A stretch of DNA of 64,000 nt from a candidate division WWE3 bacterium UBA1401 (GTDB taxonomy: Bacteria; Patescibacteriota; WWE3; UBA101185; UBA10185), in contig DBQF01000003.1 in NCBI GenBank assembly GCA_002305115.1, forward strand, positions 1,338 to 65,337, written 5' to 3'. A program made the translations under genes and the position numbers. Shown in pieces: positions 1 through 9,115 of the stretch. Below the pieces are notes generated by a model. The model ran no database searches, was not told where the DNA came from, and saw only the letters and a list, made by a program, of their open reading frames with translations. How positions within the stretch are numbered: position 1 is the first letter of the stretch; every line of letters starts with the position of its first letter.

Positions 1-623
1 ATAGGTCCTATACATACTCGAGTCAGAGAAACAACTGTTAATTCAACAGCTTTACACATTTCCTTGATCTGTCTTTTTAACCCCTGTGTAAGAACAATTT
101 CAAAAGATTTATCACCTAATGGCCGAACTTTTGCAGGTAGTGTGATTGTGTCGTATATGTGAACGCCTTTTCTAAGCTGTTCCAGTTGCGCAGGTTTTAT
201 ACTTTGCTTTGTCTTAACAATGTATGTTTTTGGCACATGATATCTGGGATGTGTTAATTTGAGGGCGAGTTCACCATCATTTGTTAGTAACATTAAGCCT
301 TCAGAATTGTAATCTAGTCTACCTACGGGAAAAACTTTTTCCGGAACCTTTACATAATCTAGAACTGTAGGTCTACCCCAGTCATCACTAGTTGTACTAA
401 CTACGTTTAACGGTTTATTGAAAAGTATGTACCTGAACTTATGAGTTTTCACATCTACAAGTCTGTTGTTTACAAGTACAGTGTCTACTTCTGGATCAAT
501 TTTAGTAACTTCCGTTATTACTTTGCCATTTATGGTAACTTTACCCTGGGCAATAAGCTCTTTAGCTTTTCTTCTTGAAGCAAGCCCATATTTTGCTAAA
601 AATGAGTCTAGTCTTATATTCAT
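1..623 (-). CDS. pseudouridine synthase, RsuA/RluB family; C-terminus cut by window edge
   Basis: Own minus-strand translation from the ATG (revcomp of cat at 621-623). MNIRLDSFLAKYGLASRRKAKELIAQGKVTINGK is an S4 RNA-binding domain. FPVGRLDYNSEGLMLLTNDGEL and HPRYHVPKTY follow (catalytic-Asp loop and family motifs). Absent from the ORF track because there is no stop inside the window. Confidence 0.8.
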   Translation of the reverse strand, partial: MNIRLDSFLAKYGLASRRKAKELIAQGKVTINGKVITEVTKIDPEVDTVLVNNRLVDVKTHKFRYILFNKPLNVVSTTSDDWGRPTVLDYVKVPEKVFPVGRLDYNSEGLMLLTNDGELALKLTHPRYHVPKTYIVKTKQSIKPAQLEQLRKGVHIYDTITLPAKVRPLGDKSFEIVLTQGLKRQIKEMCKAVELTVVSLTRVCIGP

Positions 624-974
624 ATGGCGATAATACTAACTCCAAGATGCAACAATTGCTATAATAAAGCTGTGAAAAGGGCAATCTTCGTACTTTCTAT
701 AGTCCATACAGTTTTTATTAGTCTTTTTGCACTAGATTCCCTATCTGATCCGATAGGGTTGTTAATTCATTTGATTCCAACGTATTTGTTGATTGCGGCC
801 ATACTTAGTGCCCGAAAAAATATTAAGGCAGGAGCCATTGTATATAGTGTTTTGGCAGTTTTATCTTTTTTGTTCTTTAGAACGTATTCGGATTTGGTGC
901 CGTTTCTTTTGATCACTTTGCCTTTGATGTGTTTTGCTAGTGGGTATTGGTATTTGGTTTCAAGAAATAAGTAG
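624..974 (+). CDS. small integral membrane protein (3-4 predicted TM helices), function unknown; first gene of the 624-5393 operon
   Basis: Hydrophobic ORF ending 2 nt before rdgB. The ATG at 624 abuts the divergent gene's start. An in-frame GTG at 672, preceded by TGcTATAAT plus 6 nt, is an alternative leaderless start. Confidence 0.4.
   Translation: MAIILTPRCNNCYNKAVKRAIFVLSIVHTVFISLFALDSLSDPIGLLIHLIPTYLLIAAILSARKNIKAGAIVYSVLAVLSFLFFRTYSDLVPFLLITLPLMCFASGYWYLVSRNK
657..674 (+). promoter_or_regulatory. extended -10 promoter (TGcTATAAT, hexamer 660-665), 6 nt, then in-frame GTG 672
   Basis: Sequence read directly. Same -10/N6/start layout as many other genes in the window. Confidence 0.4.
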
Positions 975-976
975 AC

Positions 977-1537
977 ATGCATAAACTATTTTTCATCACC
1001 GGTAATAAGAATAAATTTTTGGAAGTAAAAGCGATACTTCCTGAGATAGAACAACTGGATATAGACCTTCCGGAAATACAATCTCTTGACCCACAAGAAG
1101 TAATCAAAGCAAAGCTTTTAGCTGCTAAAGAGCGCTACGATGGCATGTTTATTGTGGAAGATACAGGGCTTTATATTACAGCAATGAACGGGTTTCCAGG
1201 CCCTTTAGTAAAGTTTGTCTTAAAATCAGTTGGCATAGAAGGGTTAGCACAACTAGCACACGCTTTTGGGGATGGTGTAGCGGAAGCTAAAACTGTAGTT
1301 GGTTTGCTAGATGCTAGGGGAGAGGTGCACTTTTTTGTGGGTGTGGTTACCGGAAAGATTGTATTGCCAATGGGGGATAGTAATTTTGGATGGGATCCGG
1401 TCTTTATGCCCGATGGATATGACAAGACATTTGCGGAATTGGGGAGTGGCGTAAAAAATGAAATTAGTATGCGCCGCAAAGCCATTGACTCTCTAAAGGA
1501 CTTTATTGCAGATAAGGTATATAATTTTAACTTATAA
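977..1537 (+). CDS. rdgB: non-canonical purine NTP pyrophosphatase (dITP/XTP pyrophosphatase, HAM1/RdgB family)
   Basis: FITGNKNKFLEVKAIL, EDTGLYI..NGFPGP and FGWDPVF..G.DKTFAE...K...S.R motifs match the RdgB/HAM1 family. The length of 186 aa is typical. Confidence 0.85.
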   Translation: MHKLFFITGNKNKFLEVKAILPEIEQLDIDLPEIQSLDPQEVIKAKLLAAKERYDGMFIVEDTGLYITAMNGFPGPLVKFVLKSVGIEGLAQLAHAFGDGVAEAKTVVGLLDARGEVHFFVGVVTGKIVLPMGDSNFGWDPVFMPDGYDKTFAELGSGVKNEISMRRKAIDSLKDFIADKVYNFNL

Positions 1538-2052
1538 TGATTCAATCACATTGGATACATAAAGGCTTGCCTGTTAAGACAATCTGGCGTCAAATAGATT
1601 CTTACGAAGGTCTATCACCCATAACACAAGTTTATGGCGTATGTTTCACAAATGACAAAAAAATTATGGTCATTAGAAATCCCCTTGATAACGGGGAATT
1701 TACGCCCTGGAATTTACCCGGAGGAACTCCCGAAACTGGAGAAACACCTGAACAGACACTATACAGAGAAGTTGATGAGGAAGCCGACATATCAATAGAT
1801 CACCTGGAATTACTCGGTGCATCAGAGGTCTTTTTCCCAAATAACCCCAACAGAGAAAAAGGTGACCACTTTTATCAACTCAGATATTTTACATTGATCA
1901 AGGATATTAGGGACCAGACACCTGACCCCCACGACGGCAAAATGGTAGATAGGAGATTAATACCTGCAGAAGAATTTACGTCTTATATCGAGTGGGGAGA
2001 GGTAGGCGAGGAAATTATCAGATTAGCCTTAGAAAGATTTAAGAACATATGA
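1537..2052 (+). CDS. NUDIX hydrolase
   Basis: Nudix box GGTPETGETPEQTLYREVDEEADI (G-x5-E-x7-REUxEExGU pattern). TAATG overlap with rdgB. Confidence 0.75.
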   Translation: MIQSHWIHKGLPVKTIWRQIDSYEGLSPITQVYGVCFTNDKKIMVIRNPLDNGEFTPWNLPGGTPETGETPEQTLYREVDEEADISIDHLELLGASEVFFPNNPNREKGDHFYQLRYFTLIKDIRDQTPDPHDGKMVDRRLIPAEEFTSYIEWGEVGEEIIRLALERFKNI

Positions 2053-2411
2053 CCGAATCTTTTGAACTAGCCGAGGAATTCCTTGGCAAAAAAGTAACTA
2101 TCAAGATTGATAGGCCCTTAGGCAGCAAACACCCAAAAAGGGGATACATCTATCCTGTAAACTATGGCTATGTACCTGGTGTCATAGCACCAGATGGCGA
2201 AGAACTTGATGCATATTATCTGGGTGTAGATTTTCCATTAGATGAAGCAGAAGGCATCTGTATTGCAGTTTCCCACAGGCCAAACGATGACGATGACAAA
2301 CTAATTGTAGTTCCTGAGGGTACCTCTTTTACAGCCGAAGAGATTCGTGGGAGGGTTATGTTTCAGGAACCAAAATTCGATCCTGATTTCTATATCTTTG
2401 TAAATGCATGA
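2049..2411 (+). CDS. short inorganic-pyrophosphatase-like protein
   Basis: YPVNYGYVPGVIAPDGEELDAYYLG resembles the family I PPase core YP.NYG.IP.T...DGDP.D.LV. At 120 aa it is shorter than canonical PPases. ATGA overlaps on both sides. Confidence 0.5.
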   Translation: MTESFELAEEFLGKKVTIKIDRPLGSKHPKRGYIYPVNYGYVPGVIAPDGEELDAYYLGVDFPLDEAEGICIAVSHRPNDDDDKLIVVPEGTSFTAEEIRGRVMFQEPKFDPDFYIFVNA

Positions 2412-3067
2412 ACAATAGCACTAACCTTGACTACACAAAACAAACATATGAAGACCCAGATGTTGTAGCTGGGTATGTCCAGACAAATGCTATAAACCCA
2501 AAAATCCATGATATTTTAAGTGAATTCTCAAAACTAATTTCCGGAAAAAAAGTATTGGATCTTGGCTGTGGCCCAGGTCACGACAGCTATAAGTTTGCCG
2601 AGTTGGGTTACGATATTACTGGCTTAGACTATTCTTCCGAAATGATAAAACAAGCCAAAGTACTTAAGAATTCCAAGAAAAGACCAAAATTTGTAGTAGG
2701 TGACATCCTTAATCTGAGAAATCTATTTGAGCCTAACACTTTTGACGCAGTTTGGTCCTCCGCAGCCCTTCTTCATATTGAGGAAGAACAAATGCCCAAA
2801 GTATTACAAGACATCAAAGATATTCTAAGAAACGAGGACATGATTTATTTAAGTGTTCGTAGTGGCAACCAAGGTCCAATTGTTGTTAATGAAACAAGGT
2901 GTGGAAAGGTTTGGAGCCGAAAGTTTATTCTCTGGCACAAAGAAACATTCTTACAACAGCTTAGAGGCACTGGTTTTAGTATAGACAAGACTTGGGAAGT
3001 TGAAAGTAGGCCACTGAATAACACTCCTACAACTTGGTTACATTTTTTTGCTCACATAGAAAAGTGA
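2408..3067 (+). CDS. class I SAM-dependent methyltransferase
   Basis: Motif I VLDLGCGPGHDS, then a downstream acidic loop GLDYS and post-II VVGDI. Rossmann-type methyltransferase pattern. Confidence 0.8.
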   Translation: MNNSTNLDYTKQTYEDPDVVAGYVQTNAINPKIHDILSEFSKLISGKKVLDLGCGPGHDSYKFAELGYDITGLDYSSEMIKQAKVLKNSKKRPKFVVGDILNLRNLFEPNTFDAVWSSAALLHIEEEQMPKVLQDIKDILRNEDMIYLSVRSGNQGPIVVNETRCGKVWSRKFILWHKETFLQQLRGTGFSIDKTWEVESRPLNNTPTTWLHFFAHIEK

Positions 3068-3801
3068 ATATCCTTCAACAAAACTGCATCAGATTATATA
3101 ACGCTTATAAAGAAGGCAAGTTGGGAAACACAACCATGCCCGAAGATGCACATCCAGACTTTTCAAACACATCCCAACCACTTAAATTCGCATACTTTAC
3201 CCTTCCCATGGCCCTTAACTACCAAAGAAACAGCTACAAACTATGGGAGGCAGCAACTGCTGTCTTTCTAGACACAAAAACTAACTATTTGTTTGACATC
3301 GCGAACGTTCAAGACAAGACTGAAGATTTTATTCGATCTGATCTTGTTAAATACAAGTTAGCACTCCAACCATATAAGCATGCTAACACGTGGGTAAGAT
3401 TGGCAAAGACTTTCTATAAGTCGGCAGGATCTATTCCAAAATTTTTTAAGTTGCATAACTATGATGTGCTTGAACTTAAGGAGGTTATGCAGAAAAGGTA
3501 TAAGCAGGATTTTCCATACCTATCCGGGCCCAAGATTTTTAATTATTGGCTACATGTCATGGAAAGGTATTGCGCAGTAAGACTTACCAATAGGGAATTT
3601 ATTGAAATTGCGCCTGATACACATGTTATTCAAGCTTCAATTAGGCTTGGTGTATTGAAAAAGTCTGAAAAGACACTAGATAGGGAGAAGGTTTCAGCAA
3701 GGTGGAGAGAGGTTTTGGAAGGAACCGGAATTACCCCAATTGATATGCATTCGCCTTTGTGGTTTTGGAGTAGGGGCGGGTTTATACTTAATTTTGTATA
3801 A
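3064..3801 (+). CDS. HhH-GPD-superfamily DNA-glycosylase-like protein (tentative)
   Basis: FPYLSGPKIFNYWL (helix-hairpin-helix-like, with Lys) followed by IAPDTHVIQASIRLGVL. Compare endonuclease III V.VDTHV.R...RLG. Start moved to the GTG at 3064, which overlaps the upstream TGA (GTGA). Confidence 0.4.
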   Translation: MNILQQNCIRLYNAYKEGKLGNTTMPEDAHPDFSNTSQPLKFAYFTLPMALNYQRNSYKLWEAATAVFLDTKTNYLFDIANVQDKTEDFIRSDLVKYKLALQPYKHANTWVRLAKTFYKSAGSIPKFFKLHNYDVLELKEVMQKRYKQDFPYLSGPKIFNYWLHVMERYCAVRLTNREFIEIAPDTHVIQASIRLGVLKKSEKTLDREKVSARWREVLEGTGITPIDMHSPLWFWSRGGFILNFV

Positions 3802-3812
3802 TATATGTAAGT

Positions 3813-4235
3813 ATGCATCCCAATCACATACTGCAAAAATTATTAAGCCTAGAGCTGCCCGTTGACGATTATGCTGTATTTGGCTCTGCTATTATGCATT
3901 TTCGTGGCCTAAAGGATCTAGGACACGACATTGATATTATTGCCAGAAAGAAGGCATGGAAAAAGGCATGTTCTATAACACCCCCCGTAGTACCAGAGTC
4001 AAAAAAAGGTTTGGTGGTCAGACCATTTGGTGAGGAGTTAGAGATTTTTTCGGATTGGTATCCGGGTGAATGGAATATAGATAAACTTATCGATAATGCA
4101 GAAATTATTCATGGCATAAGAGTTGTAGGTTTTGAAGATGTTATTAAATGGAAAAAGCTTATGGGGAGAGAGAAAGACTTGTTGCATATAAAAATTATGG
4201 AGGAATATCTAGCAAATTCAGCACTACTTCTGTAG
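3813..4235 (+). CDS. minimal nucleotidyltransferase-fold protein (pol-beta superfamily), function unknown
   Basis: VFGSAIMHFRGLKDLGHDIDII fits the G-S-x(9-13)-D-x-D nucleotidyltransferase signature. Confidence 0.4.
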   Translation: MHPNHILQKLLSLELPVDDYAVFGSAIMHFRGLKDLGHDIDIIARKKAWKKACSITPPVVPESKKGLVVRPFGEELEIFSDWYPGEWNIDKLIDNAEIIHGIRVVGFEDVIKWKKLMGREKDLLHIKIMEEYLANSALLL

Positions 4236-4248
4236 TCAAAACAAGCTT

Positions 4249-4863
4249 ATGCTTAAAAAAGTCCTATACCTAATCCAACAATCGGGTGTACTAATGAGAA
4301 TGCCTAGAAACCATAACAAACACCTGGGCAACACTTTTGACACAGTTGCTTCTCACAGCCACCACGTAGCCGTCATAACCTACTGCCTATGCCGTATGGA
4401 AGGCATATCCCATGACCAAGCTCTTAAAACCGTAGCTATGGCAGTATTTCATGACATTCCCAAAGCAAGAACAGGCGACGTAGATTTTGTAGCTAAACAT
4501 TATGTTGCTGTTGATGAAACCACGGCGATTCAAGATAGCTTTAAAGGGCTAGAATTTTCCAAAGATCTGGAAAAGCTTCTGGAAGAATATGATACAAGAA
4601 CTTCATTGGAAGCAAAATGCGTTAAGGATGCAGATAGCCTTGAACAGTTGTACCAGGAATGGGTATTGATGTGGCAGGGCAATAAAATGGCAGAAAAATG
4701 GTTTGACTCAGATTTTAATGACAGAATTCCGGGGCTAAAAACAGAATCAGCCAAAAAGCTGGCATTTGCCATGAAAGACAGTAACCCACAAGAATGGTGG
4801 TGGTCTCAGTTTTTAGAGAATGATACTGTTATTGATGAAGAAAAATTAATCGGCAAAAACTAA
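4249..4863 (+). CDS. HD-domain phosphohydrolase (YfbR-like 5'-deoxynucleotidase family)
   Basis: SHSHHVAVI ... VFHDIPKARTGDVDF gives the H...HD...D ligand pattern typical of YfbR-type HD proteins. Confidence 0.7.
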   Translation: MLKKVLYLIQQSGVLMRMPRNHNKHLGNTFDTVASHSHHVAVITYCLCRMEGISHDQALKTVAMAVFHDIPKARTGDVDFVAKHYVAVDETTAIQDSFKGLEFSKDLEKLLEEYDTRTSLEAKCVKDADSLEQLYQEWVLMWQGNKMAEKWFDSDFNDRIPGLKTESAKKLAFAMKDSNPQEWWWSQFLENDTVIDEEKLIGKN

Positions 4864-5393
4864 TGCTATTGCCATACTATCCCATCCATTCACAACAACA
4901 ACTTGAAAACTACCTGAAGGTTTATATTCCATTGGTTTTTAACCAACTAAACATATATGGAGTAGACATAAAAGCCTTTGGAATTACAGGTGATCACTTT
5001 GGCTTGCAAGTTCTATCTGCAGAAGAATTTGATAAGTCTGATACGCTTTTGCAGACATACGCAACTTTAGTAAACGCAGGAGAAATGCACAACAGAAGAA
5101 ACAACATTTATAAACTGACAAGCTTTCCAAAGATTAACGACATTGAAATACAGTCAATTGAGATGTTCGAACCGAAGCCTGATGCAGACATTAATAAACT
5201 AAAACCAGGGATTGAACATATTGCACTAGTTGCTCAAAAATACGATGAATTACATAAATTCTTTATTGAGAAGCAACTTCCCATAGATAAATCTGCAGAC
5301 TTCAACGGCTCAAAATTCTTTAAGACAAAGTTTGTTAATTTGGTTGAAGTAGAATTCAGAAATGATTATCTCTGGCAAGCCATTCAACTCTAA
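4863..5393 (+). CDS. VOC/YecM-like fold protein (tentative)
   Basis: GDHFGLQV and GIEHIALV strands resemble paired beta-alpha-beta-beta-beta modules of VOC/YecM proteins. TAATG overlap with the HD gene. Confidence 0.35.
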   Translation: MLLPYYPIHSQQQLENYLKVYIPLVFNQLNIYGVDIKAFGITGDHFGLQVLSAEEFDKSDTLLQTYATLVNAGEMHNRRNNIYKLTSFPKINDIEIQSIEMFEPKPDADINKLKPGIEHIALVAQKYDELHKFFIEKQLPIDKSADFNGSKFFKTKFVNLVEVEFRNDYLWQAIQL

Positions 5394-5419
5394 GTTAAAC
5401 AATATTGTACAATTAACCC

Positions 5420-6133
5420 ATGCCTATAGATTTGGTACAAGCTAACATAACAGCGCTAAAAATTACGGACAAATACCAAACCCTTCACTATAACAACAGA
5501 ACAATTCCAGTCCCTTACTTCATAAACACAGCAGAACAACAGTACAAAAAAGCCATGGAAATGGCGGAACTTGAGGATGAAACAACAAGGAAAATTGTCA
5601 GCTTTATAAAAGAAGGCCAGACAGCTTTAGGTGCTTTTGGCGGTAAAGGCTCACCAGAAGAATTGCAGCAAGACATAGATCGCTTGATTCCAAATCTAAA
5701 AGAGTGGGGATATAACCCGCAGGATGATATTCTAATCAGAAAATGGCTTGCTACCATGCATATTGGCTTAGATTGTGCAGGTTATGTTTTCAATATTCTT
5801 AAGGCAATAGAACTAGACCAAAAAGTTGACATCATAAGCTTGTTAGCTTGGGCAGATCCCGAAAAAATTAAGCCGTCACACGCAGGCGTTTTCATATTTG
5901 ACTCGGAAAAGTTTGAGGAAATACCTAAGCATAAACTCCTTAGGCCTTTGGATTTGGCCGTTTTCAAAGACCATTCTCATGTGGGAATTATAATTGAAAA
6001 AAACAGGTCATTGTGTATCGCTGACTGTTCTATGAAGCTGGATGGTATAACAGTAAAGCCACTAGAAACCAGATCAACCTGGGCCAAGCGAGTAGAGAAT
6101 GGTGAAGTGGTTTTTAGACGACTACCTGCATAA
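5420..6133 (+). CDS. cytosolic NlpC/P60- or CHAP-like cysteine peptidase/amidase fold protein (tentative)
   Basis: GLDCAGYVF (catalytic Cys context) and HVGIIIE (His context), in the order typical of NlpC/P60. No signal peptide. TACAAT (5408-5413) plus 6 nt precede the ATG. Confidence 0.4.
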   Translation: MPIDLVQANITALKITDKYQTLHYNNRTIPVPYFINTAEQQYKKAMEMAELEDETTRKIVSFIKEGQTALGAFGGKGSPEELQQDIDRLIPNLKEWGYNPQDDILIRKWLATMHIGLDCAGYVFNILKAIELDQKVDIISLLAWADPEKIKPSHAGVFIFDSEKFEEIPKHKLLRPLDLAVFKDHSHVGIIIEKNRSLCIADCSMKLDGITVKPLETRSTWAKRVENGEVVFRRLPA

Positions 6134-6153
6134 ATTACAGATTACGGTACAAT

Positions 6154-7224
6154 ATGCACGTGAAAAAGATCTTCATTATACTTAGCTTGCTACTAGTTGC
6201 ATTGCTAGCCACTAATACAGCATATGCACAAGAACTTCCCGAAACTCAAAAATACAAAGCCAGGGTTGTAGAAATTATTGAGTCAACTGCCACAAACCAA
6301 CTTCTCAAAGTGAAACTTGCTACCGGTGAAGAAATAACCATCGATAACAACTTAGAATTATCCGCAAAAAACATCACATATAGCCAAGGGGACACAGTTA
6401 TAGTTGAAAGCATTAGTATAGGTAACGCGAAACCAATGTACATAATTACAGACTTCTACAGAGCTAATTCCCTAACTATAATTTTCATCGGGTTTGTTAT
6501 TTTGTCTATAGTTGTAGGTAAGAAGTACGGAGTATATTCTCTTTTAGGAATGGCCTTTTCTTTCTTAATGATCTTTAAATTTATCTTGCCAAACATTATT
6601 AAAGGAAGTAACCCAATTATTATCACCGTAATTGCAGCCTTGCTAATTGTGCCAGTAACATTTTATCTATCACATGGGTTTTCTAGAAAAACGCATATTG
6701 CCATTGCAAGCACACTGCTAACTCTTATTATCACCACAATCCTTACAGGAGTATCAGTAAATGCCGCAAAATTAACAGGGTATTCTTCTGAAGAGGCCAT
6801 GTTTCTACAAGTAGCAAACGAATCTATCAACATGAAAGGTATTCTGCTAGCAGGCATTATCATTGGCTTTCTTGGCGTGTTAGATGATGTTACCGTTTCG
6901 CAAGCAAGTGTTGTTACCCAGTTGCGCAAGACTAGACGTCATTATACAACCCAAGAACTTTATAAAGATGCTATGGAAGTTGGCAGAGACCACATTACTT
7001 CTATGATTAATACTTTAGTTTTAGTTTACGCAGGTGCCTCTATGCCTCTGTTGCTTTTGTTTGTGAATAATCCCCAGCCCTTTGGGGATATTGTTAATAT
7101 GGAAATTGTAGCCGATGAGGTTGTACGAACATTGGTAGGAAGCATTGGGCTGATCTTAGCAGTACCTTTATCAACATATATTTCAGCTTTGCTAAATGAA
7201 AACAGTGTACAGGAAATTACTTAA
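6154..7224 (+). CDS. YibE/F family membrane protein
   Basis: Signal/anchor, a soluble N-terminal domain, then multiple TM helices with GVLDDVTVSQASVV, characteristic of YibE/F. The true start may be the GTG at 6160 (TACAAT 6148-6153 plus 6 nt), giving V/MKKIFIILSLLL. Confidence 0.7.
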   Translation: MHVKKIFIILSLLLVALLATNTAYAQELPETQKYKARVVEIIESTATNQLLKVKLATGEEITIDNNLELSAKNITYSQGDTVIVESISIGNAKPMYIITDFYRANSLTIIFIGFVILSIVVGKKYGVYSLLGMAFSFLMIFKFILPNIIKGSNPIIITVIAALLIVPVTFYLSHGFSRKTHIAIASTLLTLIITTILTGVSVNAAKLTGYSSEEAMFLQVANESINMKGILLAGIIIGFLGVLDDVTVSQASVVTQLRKTRRHYTTQELYKDAMEVGRDHITSMINTLVLVYAGASMPLLLLFVNNPQPFGDIVNMEIVADEVVRTLVGSIGLILAVPLSTYISALLNENSVQEIT

Positions 7225-7804
7225 CCAGCTTGACTTGAAATGCAGTGTCCGGACTTCCATATAGGCCACTACAATGATCATCAAAGCTAACTCTTTCCTC
7301 TAGCGGAGCAGTTTTGCTCGGATCGTGTTTAATGAGGGTAATATCGCCATTCTCAATATCTACGCCGGAATAAGTTACGGCGTGTCCGTTTACTATGACC
7401 ATCGCAACACCACCATCAACCAAATGATCAACAAGTTGTTCAGGATGACCAAATTCATCAGTAACCTGGTAGCCCATGGATTTCAATAAGTCTATTGAAA
7501 CCGACAAGTTTAAGAATCCATCATTCTGTTCAAAAACAGAAGATTCTATGGAGTTAAGAACTAACTCTTCTGCATTGTCAGGGAGGTTTCTGCCCAAGGC
7601 TCTTGCACAGTTGAGCGCTGAGGCAAGTGTACAGGTGGATTTAACCATCTTATCATCATACAGCTGTTTAAATGGCCTTGATAGCGTGTGCCTCGGTACA
7701 ATTGTTTTGCCATAATATTTTTCCTTAGTTTCAGAAATTCTTTGTTCCACGCTTTTAGTAAAGATAGAGTGGATCAATTCACTGCTATTTTCTGGATCTG
7801 CCAT
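7217..7804 (-). CDS. hypothetical protein, possible papain-like (C39-like) cysteine peptidase fold
   Basis: KSTCTLASALNCARALG (Cys) and NGHAVTYSGVD (His). Start set to the ATG at 7804 because TATACT (revcomp of 7811-7816) plus 6 nt precede it. The longer ORF to 7882 would overlap the tspO start. Confidence 0.3.
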   Translation of the reverse strand: MADPENSSELIHSIFTKSVEQRISETKEKYYGKTIVPRHTLSRPFKQLYDDKMVKSTCTLASALNCARALGRNLPDNAEELVLNSIESSVFEQNDGFLNLSVSIDLLKSMGYQVTDEFGHPEQLVDHLVDGGVAMVIVNGHAVTYSGVDIENGDITLIKHDPSKTAPLEERVSFDDHCSGLYGSPDTAFQVKLVK

Positions 7805-7858
7805 ATGTAGAGTATAATTTAACAATAAACAGTTTGCCATCCAAAAATTTGGTAATTT

Positions 7859-8257
7859 ATGAATCAGTTTGAATGGTATCAAAATCTTGAAAAACCATCA
7901 TTTGCGCCTCCTGCTTACTTGTTTGGAATAGTTTGGGGCATTTTGTATCCAATAATTTTCATATCCTTTGGCTATATTGGCTATTTGTACTTTAAGAAGC
8001 GAATTCCAATTGGCGTGGTACTGCCTTTTATAATCAACTTAGTAGCGAATTTGCTTTTTTCACCCATTCAATTTGTACTGAGAAATAATATCTTGGCGGC
8101 AGTTGACGTTACTATAGTCGTGATTTCCCTTGTTTGGGCAATAACTAAAATATATCCTTATTCGAAATGGGTTGCTTATGCGCAAATTCCATATCTAGTA
8201 TGGGGCTTATTTGCAGCTATACTTCAGTATTCTGTGGTGTATTTAAATAACTTCTAA
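7859..8257 (+). CDS. tspO: TspO/MBR tryptophan-rich sensory protein
   Basis: WYQNLEKPSFAPPAYLFGIVWGILYP start and five hydrophobic helices are typical of TspO. Confidence 0.8.
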   Translation: MNQFEWYQNLEKPSFAPPAYLFGIVWGILYPIIFISFGYIGYLYFKKRIPIGVVLPFIINLVANLLFSPIQFVLRNNILAAVDVTIVVISLVWAITKIYPYSKWVAYAQIPYLVWGLFAAILQYSVVYLNNF

Positions 8258-8466
8258 TCTTTCTTGTGAAAATAGTATTTGTCCAGCAATAGATACGCAA
8301 TAGGCAAGATGCCCAATGTGTTAAAAACTAAAAGGGCTACAAACCAAACCTTCGCCTCATTACGGGCAGCTTTCCATAAGGCAAAACCCTTCCAGGCCAA
8401 TTCCCAAAAACCAATTAATACAAAGACATATGGAGGCACATTGCCTAAAAATTGTTCTATATTCAT
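8254..8466 (-). CDS. small two-TM membrane protein (DUF5652-like)
   Basis: WELAWKGFALWKAARNEAKVWFVALLVFNTLGILPIAYL matches my memory of DUF5652. Start set to the ATG at 8466, preceded by TGgTATACT (revcomp of 8473-8481) plus 6 nt. Confidence 0.5.
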   Translation of the reverse strand: MNIEQFLGNVPPYVFVLIGFWELAWKGFALWKAARNEAKVWFVALLVFNTLGILPIAYLLLDKYYFHKKD

Positions 8467-8560
8467 ATAAAAAGTATACCAAGCTTTTTGCCTAAAATTT
8501 ATTACGGCTTTCTTAAAACATTCCATTTTTACCTTAAATATGATTGGCTAAATTAGCAAT

Positions 8561-9115
8561 ATGGGGCAAGCTCTCATGAGAGTTCTTTTTGTAGTAATCT
8601 TGCTTTTAATCGTTGGTGTGGGTGCCTATTTTTTTGTTAGACAATCAAACATTACATTACCATTCACTGAAGGAACACCTATAGGCGGTACTCCCGCACC
8701 AAGTATAGAAGTTGAGCAGGAACAAGGCGATTTTACAACCAGCATCTTTCTTGTGCAGTTGGAAATATCAGACGACAATACAGTAAGCTGCAAAGATGAG
8801 CTTGTGGGTGTTGTAAAAAACATAAATACAAACCTGGAACTAAGGGATCAACTGTGGTCCTTATATCTGGAAATGCTTAATTTTGATGATAAAGTAATTG
8901 AAGAAAAACTGTTGTATAACCCTTTATACGAATCAAAACTTGATCTTGAATCTATTGAAGTAAAAGGAACCGAGGTAACAGTAGATTTTACCGGAGAAGA
9001 ACCCTCGGATAAGATTTGTGGTTCCAACAGAGCTTTGGATCAGCTAAAAGCAATTGCACTCCAATATCCTCAAGTAGAGACTGTTAGAATTTTTATAAAC
9101 GGGGAGCAAGTGTAG
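8561..9115 (+). CDS. membrane-anchored extracytoplasmic protein, GerMN-like C-terminus (tentative)
   Basis: N-terminal TM anchor. The C-terminal LDQLKAIALQYPQVETVRIFINGEQV resembles GerMN-domain ends. Confidence 0.35.
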   Translation: MGQALMRVLFVVILLLIVGVGAYFFVRQSNITLPFTEGTPIGGTPAPSIEVEQEQGDFTTSIFLVQLEISDDNTVSCKDELVGVVKNINTNLELRDQLWSLYLEMLNFDDKVIEEKLLYNPLYESKLDLESIEVKGTEVTVDFTGEEPSDKICGSNRALDQLKAIALQYPQVETVRIFINGEQV

